NCBI GenBank assembly: GCA_017483125.1
Contig: JAFULU010000128.1
Location: 1-44,752 of the forward strand
Reading direction: 5' to 3'
DNA: 44,752 bases
Origin: Clostridia bacterium
GTDB taxonomy: Bacteria; Bacillota; Clostridia; Oscillospirales; CAG-272
Positions 16,811 to 24,594 of the stretch are shown here, piece after piece (positions within the stretch are counted from its first letter, which is position 1; every line of letters starts with the position of its first letter). The position numbers were made by a program, and so were the translations under genes. Under the pieces are notes generated by a model, which saw nothing but the letters and a program-made list of their open reading frames with translations, made no database searches and was not told the DNA's origin.

Positions 16811-17620
16811 ATGTACGATCCCGATCCCATTTCCCGCTTCCATAAGCTCATAGCCGCCCTGCTCTCGGCCCTCTTCCTGCTCTCGACCCTGGCCCTCCCC
16901 GCCCAGGCCAAGGGGACGGGCTGGTACTGCGTCCGCGCCAAAAACCACCTCCAGCCCGTGGCCGACCCGCCCCTTCGGGAGGTGGAGAAGTACGGCGGCT
17001 ACTATATTGACCACAGCCACACCGACCCGAAGGGCGACGACAAGGTGGTCTACCTCACCTTTGACGCGGGCTACGAGAACGGCAACGTAGCCAAGGTGTT
17101 GGACGTCTTGCAGGCCGAGGGGACCACGGGGGCCTTCTTCATCCTGGGTAACCTCCCCGAAAAGAACCCCGATTTGGTGCGCCGTATGGCTACCGAGGGG
17201 CATCTGGTCTGCAACCATACCTTCACCCATAAGAACCTCTGCGGGGCCTCCGCGGGGGCGCTGACCGCCGAGCTGAAGCGGTTGGAGGAGGCCTGTACCG
17301 CCATCGGGGTGAATGTCGCCCCCTACTACCGTCCCCCCGAGGGATGCTTCGACGAGGCCATGCTCCGCGAGGCCCAGACGGCGGGGTACAAGACGGTCTT
17401 CTGGAGCTTCGCCTACGCCGATTGGGACAACCAAAAGCAGCCCGATCCCGCCGCCGCGAAGGCTCGGATCCTGGACAATCTCCACAACGGCGCGGTGATC
17501 CTGCTCCACCCCACCTCGGCTACCAACGCCGCCATTCTGGGGGAGGTTCTGCGGGAGATGAAGACCCTGGGCTACCGCTTCGGGACCCTGGACGAGCTGA
17601 CGGGAGGTGAGGGAAATTGA
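16811..17620 (+). CDS. pdaA: Polysaccharide deacetylase, PdaA-like (spore cortex delta-lactam N-deacetylase)
   Basis: VYLTFDAGYENG, NHTFTH, YYRPPEG, FWSFAYADW, LHNGAVILLH..S.TNA are PdaA-type motifs; signal peptide. Confidence 0.8.
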   Translation: MYDPDPISRFHKLIAALLSALFLLSTLALPAQAKGTGWYCVRAKNHLQPVADPPLREVEKYGGYYIDHSHTDPKGDDKVVYLTFDAGYENGNVAKVLDVLQAEGTTGAFFILGNLPEKNPDLVRRMATEGHLVCNHTFTHKNLCGASAGALTAELKRLEEACTAIGVNVAPYYRPPEGCFDEAMLREAQTAGYKTVFWSFAYADWDNQKQPDPAAAKARILDNLHNGAVILLHPTSATNAAILGEVLREMKTLGYRFGTLDELTGGEGN

Positions 17621-18582
17621 CACCGGATCGAAACGGCGGAAAAGCGAATTCCATCAATGACTTTTCAAGCTACGGAAAAGGGCGGCTCGGCTGGATATCG
17701 GCGGCGGTTCTGTTCACCGCGCTGGTAGTTTTGGCCCTCCTTGTAGCCGTCCGCACAAGGGCTGACGGGGGGGTGGAAAACGGCTGGCGGGTGCACCATA
17801 TCGGGGAGGAGGGATCGGTGTCCGACGCCGTCTCCGAGTCGGTGGTAGAGGGCATTCCCGCCGCCCTGTATCCTGCCTATCCCTCCCCCTTCCGCCCCCT
17901 GCCCGAGCCCGCCGAGAGCGAGTCGGTGACCGTGCCCGAAACCGAGACCGAAACGGTCAAGGACGGGGATGAGATGATCTACCACAGCCGCCACAACGAC
18001 CGAATGGAGATCGCCCTGTCCTTCGACGACGGCCCCCACCCGCGGCTGACCCCCGTCATTCTGGACATCCTCGCGGAGTACGGCATCAGGGCCACCTTCT
18101 TCATGGTGGGGGAGAACGTGGGCTACTACCCCGCCGCCGCCCGCGCTGTGGCCGAGGCGGGTCACGAGATCGGCAACCACACCTTCTCCCACCGCAAGTT
18201 CGACCGCATGGGGGAGGAGGATCTCCGCCGTGAGATCAGCTCCTGCGAGGAGGCCATCGCCTCGGTATCCGACACCCCCGTCCGCTTCATCCGTCCTCCC
18301 GAGGGGCAGATGAGCGACACCATGCGGCGGGTCATCGGAGCCTCGGACTATCGGGTCATCCTCTGGGACGTGGATACCCGCGACTGGGCCCACACCCCGC
18401 CCGCCGAGATCACCCGCCACATTCTGGATACGGTACAGGCGGGGGACATCATCCTCATGCACGATTTCATCGGCTACGACAGCCCCACCCCCGAGGCCCT
18501 GCGCCTTGTGATCCCCGCCCTCCTGGAGCGCGGATACCGCTTTGTCACGGTGGGAGAGCTGGTGGACGAGGGACGTCCGTGA
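17617..18582 (+). CDS. Polysaccharide deacetylase (CE4), membrane anchored
   Basis: ALSFDDGP, ATFFMVG, HEIGNHTFSH, IRPPEG, WDVDTRDW, GDIILMHD. Confidence 0.9.
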   Translation: MTPDRNGGKANSINDFSSYGKGRLGWISAAVLFTALVVLALLVAVRTRADGGVENGWRVHHIGEEGSVSDAVSESVVEGIPAALYPAYPSPFRPLPEPAESESVTVPETETETVKDGDEMIYHSRHNDRMEIALSFDDGPHPRLTPVILDILAEYGIRATFFMVGENVGYYPAAARAVAEAGHEIGNHTFSHRKFDRMGEEDLRREISSCEEAIASVSDTPVRFIRPPEGQMSDTMRRVIGASDYRVILWDVDTRDWAHTPPAEITRHILDTVQAGDIILMHDFIGYDSPTPEALRLVIPALLERGYRFVTVGELVDEGRP

Positions 18583-18589
18583 TCCCGAT

Positions 18590-18644
18590 ACCGCTTCCGA
18601 CCGTTCGGCACACCGAGCCGTATGGTTGGGAGCGGTTTTCTTTT
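18590..18644 (+). terminator. Rho-independent terminator
   Basis: ACCGCTTCCGACC / GGTTGGGAGCGGT stem plus TTTCTTTT. Confidence 0.7.
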
Positions 18645-18697
18645 GCGGATAAATGTAAATATTATATAAATTTTTTATCAGTCGCCCGCATAGGGTG

Positions 18698-18726
18698 TTG
18701 CAAAACGTAGATGCTTATGGTATAAT
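18698..18726 (+). promoter_or_regulatory. SigA promoter of cdaA operon
   Basis: TTGCAA - 17 nt - TATAAT with extended TG. Confidence 0.7.
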
Positions 18727-18795
18727 AAAAATTACCTTTTATGATGGGTAAATATGTATAATAATATACAAAATACAGGGAAAGGCGGTGGCGTG

Positions 18796-20007
18796 ATGAC
18801 CGAAACTACCATGAATTTTCAAACCTTTATTGACCAGTACATACTGTACCCGTGGGAGACCTTCCGCTTCATAGACGTGCTGGATTGGCTGCTCATGACG
18901 CTGCTGATCTACTGCGTGTGTATGCTGTTCCGAGGCCGTGCGGCGGCCCGTATGGGGGGCGGCCTTCTGGCCATTTTCGCGGTTTCCCTCATTGCCGAGC
19001 AGTTGGGTATGTCGGGACTCCACTCCATTATGGCCGCTGTCACTCCCTACACCGTCATCCTCCTGGCGGTCATCTACCAGCCCGAGCTTCGTGACGCCCT
19101 GGCCCGTATCGGCAGCTTCATCACCATGTTCCGCAAGAAGAAGCATCCCCGCGAGGCCGAGATGGAGAACACCATCCACGTTGTGGTGGACGCCGCCTGC
19201 CAGATCGCCCAGACCGAAAAGGACGGCGCCCTCATCGTCCTGGAGCTGTTCCAGAACGTGGACGAGTACATCGACAAGGGCTACGCCCTGGATATGGAGG
19301 TAGACCGCCACATCCTCTGCCAGATGTTCAAGGACAAGACCCTGTTCCACGACGGAGCCGTGGTGGTCCGCAACAACCGCATCGTCATGGCGGGCTGTAA
19401 GCTCCCCCTCCGCAAGAACGGAGAGGTGGTGGACGGTCTGGGTACCCGTCACCGCGCCGCCGTGGGGATCACCGACGTCACCGACTGCGTGGTGGTGGTG
19501 GTATCCGAGGAGAGCCACAAGATCTCCATTGCCAACCACGGTAACATCGAGCGTGACTTCAACCAGTCGGGAGACGAGCTTCGCAACCCCGAGGCCCGTC
19601 AGCGAATCGAAAAGAGTCTTCGCCGCGCTCTGTACAATATGCTCATCGGTCTGGAGATCGCCGACCGCACCAATGCCGAGGAGAGCCGCGTGCAGGTGCG
19701 CTTCAAGTGGGGCTTCAATCTGGACGCCGAGGACCGCGAGCGTATCAACAAGGAGCGCGAGAAGCAGAACACCGATCTGGAGAAGTTCGAGAAGACCTAC
19801 AACAGATTGGCCAAGAAAAAGGCGACCCGTACCGTGACCGTGGAGGTCACCGACGAGGAGGACGCCGAAGAAATCACCGAGGAGACCGTGACAGTACCCG
19901 CCCCTCCCTCCGAGGACAACGCGGGGATGCCCTCCATCTCCCTGACTCCCCCCGATCTGACCACCGCCGCCAAGGAAGCGGACGGCGACGCCTCGGACGA
20001 GGCATGA
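18796..20007 (+). CDS. cdaA: Diadenylate cyclase CdaA (DacA) with long C-terminal extension
   Basis: N-terminal TMs, YQPELRDAL, GALIV, FHDGA and GTRHRAAVG catalytic motifs, VVVSEE. Confidence 0.88.
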   Translation: MTETTMNFQTFIDQYILYPWETFRFIDVLDWLLMTLLIYCVCMLFRGRAAARMGGGLLAIFAVSLIAEQLGMSGLHSIMAAVTPYTVILLAVIYQPELRDALARIGSFITMFRKKKHPREAEMENTIHVVVDAACQIAQTEKDGALIVLELFQNVDEYIDKGYALDMEVDRHILCQMFKDKTLFHDGAVVVRNNRIVMAGCKLPLRKNGEVVDGLGTRHRAAVGITDVTDCVVVVVSEESHKISIANHGNIERDFNQSGDELRNPEARQRIEKSLRRALYNMLIGLEIADRTNAEESRVQVRFKWGFNLDAEDRERINKEREKQNTDLEKFEKTYNRLAKKKATRTVTVEVTDEEDAEEITEETVTVPAPPSEDNAGMPSISLTPPDLTTAAKEADGDASDEA

Positions 20008-20037
20008 TCGCCCCCATTTTGGAAAGGACCAACACAT

Positions 20038-20286
20038 ATGGCACGTTTGAAGCTGTACCGCAAGCCCGGCAAGAAGTACAAGACCGAGCTGCGCCCCTCC
20101 CGTATTGATATTCTGATACTCCCCCTCCTGCTCTGCTTTCTGGGGTCCATCGTGCTCTGGTGCTACGTAACGGGACATAACCGCCCCGAGACCGAGACCG
20201 AGCCTCCCGCCGCGGAGACCACCGTTCCCGCCGAGGAGACCGAGGAGTCCGCTCCCGAGACCGAGGCCCGGCCCTCCGAGGTATGA
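20038..20286 (+). CDS. Small single-TM protein, CdaR N-terminus-like without YbbR domains
   Basis: LLCFLGSIVLWCYVTGHNRP resembles the CdaR anchor; sits directly after cdaA; E/T/P-rich tail; GAAAGGA RBS. Confidence 0.65.
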   Translation: MARLKLYRKPGKKYKTELRPSRIDILILPLLLCFLGSIVLWCYVTGHNRPETETEPPAAETTVPAEETEESAPETEARPSEV

Positions 20287-21917
20287 GCGGTAGCCTTTGC
20301 CGCGAGGCCATGATCGAGGGCGTGTCGGTGCCCGTGGGAACCCCCGAGGCCGATGTCCTCCAAAGAGCCTTGCAGAAGCTGAAAAAGAGCGGACTCCCCC
20401 ACAAGGGGGTGACCCTCCGCCTCTACAAAAAGTCGGTGGACGCCCGTAAGCGGGAGGAGATCCGACTGGTCTACTCGGTGCTGGCCACCCTCCCCGAGGG
20501 GAAGACCTTCTCCGAGGATCAGCTGACCCGAGCGGGCTTCAAGCCCCACTCCCCCACAGCCCTGACCCTGACCCACGGCACGGCGGTGCTCCCCGCCCGT
20601 CCCCTGGTGGTGGGCATGGGCCCCGCGGGTCTGTTCTGCGCCTACATCCTGGCCAAGGAGGGCTATGCCCCTATCCTCATCGACCGCGGAGACAGCGTAG
20701 CCGACCGTGTGAAGTCGGTGGAGACCTTCTACACCGAGGGACGGCTGGACACCGAGTCCAACATCCAGTTCGGCGCGGGAGGAGCGGGCACCTTTTCCGA
20801 CGGTAAGCTCCTGACCCGCATCAACGACGCCCGCTGCGCCTTCGCGCTGGAGACCCTCCGTGACATGGGGGCACCCGCCGACATCACCCTCCAGGCCAAG
20901 CCCCATGTGGGCACCGACGTGCTCCGTACCGTGGTGCAGACCATGCTGGATACCGTCGCCTCTCTGGGCGGTGAGGTGATCTACCGCTGTCGGCTGGACG
21001 GCTTTGACCGTCACCCCGACGGAAGCTTTACCGCCAAGACCTCCAAGGGGGACATCCCCTGCGGCGTGATCGTCCTCGCCCCCGGGCACAGCGCCAGAGA
21101 TACCTACCGTATGCTGCTGGAAAAAAACGTCATGCTGGAGCCCAAGCCCATTTCGGTGGGGGTGCGCATCGAGCATTTGCGAAGCGATATGGATGCCATG
21201 CTCTACGGCTCCATGGCGGGTCATCCCGATCTGGGGGCCGCCGAGTACCACCTGTCCGACACCAAGGGGGAGAGAGGGGTCTACACCTTCTGCATGTGTC
21301 CCGGCGGTGAGGTGGTGGCCGCCGCCTCCGAGGAGGATACCGTGGTGGTCAACGGCATGAGCCACCGCGCCCGCAACGGGATGAACTCCAACGCCGCCAT
21401 CGCGGTGTCGGTCCGCACCACCGATTACGAGCCCGTAGAGGGGAGCCTCGTGCTGGGTGCCATTGCCTACCAACGCCGTATTGAGCGAGCCGCCTTCGTA
21501 GCGGGAGGGGGAGACTACTCCGCCCCCGTCCAGACCGTGGGGGACTTTCTGGAGGGTGACCGCGCCATCCACGAGCCGACCCGCGTCAAGCCCTCCTACA
21601 TGGGAGGTGACCGCTACCGCCTCGCTCCCGTCAGCAAGACCCTGCCCGAGTACGTCTGTCAGTCCCTGCGCTACGGCCTGCGCTCCTTTGACCGCAAGGT
21701 CAGGGGCTACGCCATGCCCGAGGCTGTTCTGTCCGCCGCCGAGACCCGTACCTCGGCTCCCGTCCGCATCCTGCGCGGTAGCGACTTCTGCGCCGTAGGC
21801 AACCCCGGCATCTACCCCTGCGGGGAGGGCGCGGGCTACGCGGGAGGCATCACCTCCGCCGCCGTGGACGGCATCAAGGTGGCCGAGGCCATTCTGTCGG
21901 TCTACGCGCCGCTGTAA
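20283..21917 (+). CDS. FAD-dependent oxidoreductase (COG2509-like)
   Basis: VVGMGPAGLF, NIQFGAGGAGTFSDGKL, KPHVGTD, TFCMCPGG, ETRTSAPVRI, YPCGEGAGYAGGITSAAVDG. Confidence 0.9.
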   Translation: MSGSLCREAMIEGVSVPVGTPEADVLQRALQKLKKSGLPHKGVTLRLYKKSVDARKREEIRLVYSVLATLPEGKTFSEDQLTRAGFKPHSPTALTLTHGTAVLPARPLVVGMGPAGLFCAYILAKEGYAPILIDRGDSVADRVKSVETFYTEGRLDTESNIQFGAGGAGTFSDGKLLTRINDARCAFALETLRDMGAPADITLQAKPHVGTDVLRTVVQTMLDTVASLGGEVIYRCRLDGFDRHPDGSFTAKTSKGDIPCGVIVLAPGHSARDTYRMLLEKNVMLEPKPISVGVRIEHLRSDMDAMLYGSMAGHPDLGAAEYHLSDTKGERGVYTFCMCPGGEVVAAASEEDTVVVNGMSHRARNGMNSNAAIAVSVRTTDYEPVEGSLVLGAIAYQRRIERAAFVAGGGDYSAPVQTVGDFLEGDRAIHEPTRVKPSYMGGDRYRLAPVSKTLPEYVCQSLRYGLRSFDRKVRGYAMPEAVLSAAETRTSAPVRILRGSDFCAVGNPGIYPCGEGAGYAGGITSAAVDGIKVAEAILSVYAPL

Positions 21918-21950
21918 GGACGGCGATCGGAGATGAGTCACGTTTCGTTG

Positions 21951-22171
21951 AATTCGCAATTCGTAATGCGTAATTCGTAATTGCGGGAGCCTTTCGCTGA
22001 AGCGAAAGCCGATTCATTAGTGATTCGAAAGAAATTCTGTTCTTGAAAATTTGTTGTCCATCAGGGGAAATTCCGCTATATGGAGTTAGCCCCCTTGCCA
22101 TACGATCATATTTTACCAACGGCAAGATGTTTCGTTCATTACGAATTACGAATTGCGAATTGCGAATTGCG
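21951..22171. repeat. Heptamer-array-bracketed non-coding element
   Basis: Five AATTCGY-type units at 21951-21985 and inverted (RCGAATT)4 within 22137-22171; CTTTCGC-tgaa-GCGAAAG hairpin at 21991-22008. Confidence 0.8.
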
Positions 22172-22319
22172 CCAATAGCCTGCACCTGAAAATAACGAGT
22201 ATCCGCTTTTGCAGATCCCGATCGGAGAACGAGCATCGGGCTGTGGGGCGGTTGGAATAGTCCCGCCGTAGGGGCGGGAGGCACCCGCAGATGGGGTGCT
22301 TTGAAGAAAGGATCACGTT

Positions 22320-24557
22320 TTGAAAGACACCGAAATCAAGCAGTCTCCTGCCAGAGAGCGCATATGGAGCCTCCCCACGGGAGGAGACGAGACCATACAG
22401 AAGGAAGCGGTGGAAGCCCTCGGAAGTGCTCTGGGGATCACCCCCCTGACCGCTCGCCTGCTTTGCAACCGCGGCTACACCGACCCCGCCTCCGCCGAGC
22501 TGTTTTTCGGCAACGACGCGCGGGTCTGGCACGACCCCATGCTCATGGCGGATATGAAGTACGCCGTGACGCGGGTGCTGGAGGCCGTGGAGCAGCATGA
22601 ATCCATCGTCATCTACGGCGACTACGACGTGGACGGCGTGACCTCGGTCACCTCCCTGTACCTTTACCTCACGGGGCTGGGAGCCAAGGTGACCTGCTAT
22701 ATCCCCAACCGACTGGGGGAGGGCTACGGTATGTCGGTAGCCGCCGTGGACCAGCTGGCCGCCGATGGGGTCAGCCTCATCATCACGGTGGATACGGGCA
22801 TCACCGCCCATACCGAGATCGCCCACGCCGCCGCGCTGGGGGTGGACACCGTGGTCACCGACCACCACGAGTGCCACGCCGATATTCCCCTGTGCTGTGC
22901 CGTGGTCAACCCCCACCGCCCCGATTGCCCCTACCCCTTCAAGGAGCTGGCGGGCGTTGGTGTGGTCTTCAAGCTCATCTGCGCCTGCGAGGCCACCCGC
23001 ATGGGGATCTCCCCCGCCGAGGCTCTGGAGCGGATGGGCAACCGCCTCATTGATCTGGTGGCCATCGGCACCATCGCCGACGTTATGCCCCTGGTCGGAG
23101 AGAACCGCTACATCGTCACCCGCGGTCTTGCCATGCTGGACCACACCGACCGCCCCGGCCTCGTCGCCCTGCTGGACGCCATTTCGGGGAGCGGAAACAG
23201 TAAGTCCGCCTCGGCGGGCGGGAAGAAGCCCCGCCGCAAGGTCAATTCGGGACTGGTGGGCTTTGGCATCGCCCCCCGTATCAACGCCGCCGGCCGCATC
23301 GCCCACGCCATGATGGCGGTGGATCTTCTGCTGGCCGATACCCCCGAGCACGCCGAGGAGATGGCCGCCGAGCTCTGCGCCATCAACACCCACCGCCAGA
23401 CCGAGGAGAACGCCATCGCCGAGCAGGCCTACGCCATGATCGACGCCCAGCTGGAGGACGCCCGCAAGAGCGGGGAAGCACCGCCCTCGGTCATCGTTCT
23501 GGAGGACGACGGCTGGATGCAGGGCGTGGTGGGCATCGTGGCCTCCCGCATTACCGAAAAGTACGGTCTGCCCTCCATCCTTATCTCCTTTGAGGGAGCC
23601 GTGGACGGAGTGCCCAGCGAATACGATCTGGGCAAGGGCTCGGGCCGCAGCATCAAGGGACTCAATCTGGTGGAGGCTCTGGCCGACAGCCGTGAGCTTC
23701 TGGCCCGCTTCGGCGGTCACGAGCTGGCCGCGGGTCTGACCATCCGCCGCAAAGATATTCCCGCCTTCCGCAAGCGCATCAACGAGTACGCCGCCGCCCT
23801 GCTTACCGAGGAAATGACCGCCGTTCGCTACGAGGCGGACGCCGTCTGTGAGGCGGGGGAGCTGACCATGCGGCAGGCCGAGGAGCTGGAGCGATTGGAG
23901 CCCTTCGGCGTGGGGAATCCTACCCCTACCCTCATTCTCAAGGACGCCGTCATTCATCGGGTCATCCCCCTGGGCGGAGGCCGCCACACCAAGCTCACCG
24001 CCTTCAAGGACGGCCAGATGCTCCAGGCCATCTGGTTTGGCATCGCCCCCTCCAAGCTGCCCGTGGCGGCAGGGGATACGGCCGACCTGCTCTTCCAGCT
24101 CAACATCAACGACTACCAGGGGGTGCGGAGCCTTCAGCTCATTCTGCAGGATATGCGCCCCGCCGAGTCTGCCACCCTTGCCCGCCGCATGGAGGACACC
24201 CGCCTCTCCCAGGTGCTGGAGGGCGCGCCCATCTCCCCCTCGGAGGAGCTTGTCCCCGACCGTGAGGAGATCGCCGCGGTCTTTACCGTCCTGCGCTCGG
24301 ACGCCCGTCTGGGAAATATGACGGTCAGTGAGCGGAGCCTTCTGGAGCGTGCCAACCGCGCCCCCGGGGCCTCCATCAACCGCGTCAAGCTCAACCTTAT
24401 CCTGCGCATTCTCACCGAAATGGGCGTCTGCCGCGTGGAGGACCCCACCGAGGGCTACTTCGTCTTTGAGGTGAACTTCGCCACCCAAAAGACCTCCATC
24501 GACGCCTCTCCCCTCCTCTGCCGCCTGCGAGGCCAGCTGAAGGCGGGGAACGCCTGA
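22320..24557 (+). CDS. recJ: Single-stranded DNA exonuclease RecJ
   Basis: YGDYDVDG, ITVDTG, TDHH, ELAGVGV, GTIADVMPL..ENR, PRINAAGR, GSGRS, FGGHELAAG, EPFGVGNP. Confidence 0.96.
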   Translation: MKDTEIKQSPARERIWSLPTGGDETIQKEAVEALGSALGITPLTARLLCNRGYTDPASAELFFGNDARVWHDPMLMADMKYAVTRVLEAVEQHESIVIYGDYDVDGVTSVTSLYLYLTGLGAKVTCYIPNRLGEGYGMSVAAVDQLAADGVSLIITVDTGITAHTEIAHAAALGVDTVVTDHHECHADIPLCCAVVNPHRPDCPYPFKELAGVGVVFKLICACEATRMGISPAEALERMGNRLIDLVAIGTIADVMPLVGENRYIVTRGLAMLDHTDRPGLVALLDAISGSGNSKSASAGGKKPRRKVNSGLVGFGIAPRINAAGRIAHAMMAVDLLLADTPEHAEEMAAELCAINTHRQTEENAIAEQAYAMIDAQLEDARKSGEAPPSVIVLEDDGWMQGVVGIVASRITEKYGLPSILISFEGAVDGVPSEYDLGKGSGRSIKGLNLVEALADSRELLARFGGHELAAGLTIRRKDIPAFRKRINEYAAALLTEEMTAVRYEADAVCEAGELTMRQAEELERLEPFGVGNPTPTLILKDAVIHRVIPLGGGRHTKLTAFKDGQMLQAIWFGIAPSKLPVAAGDTADLLFQLNINDYQGVRSLQLILQDMRPAESATLARRMEDTRLSQVLEGAPISPSEELVPDREEIAAVFTVLRSDARLGNMTVSERSLLERANRAPGASINRVKLNLILRILTEMGVCRVEDPTEGYFVFEVNFATQKTSIDASPLLCRLRGQLKAGNA

Positions 24558-24594
24558 TACCTACGCCGCTATACCCTTCGTGAAAGGAACCCAT

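Noticed and set aside
22255-22300. Hairpins before recJ (TCCCGCC/GGCGGGA, GCACCC/GGGTGC) as another full MITE copy
   Set aside because: No bracket termini or inverted partner; at most a REP fragment.
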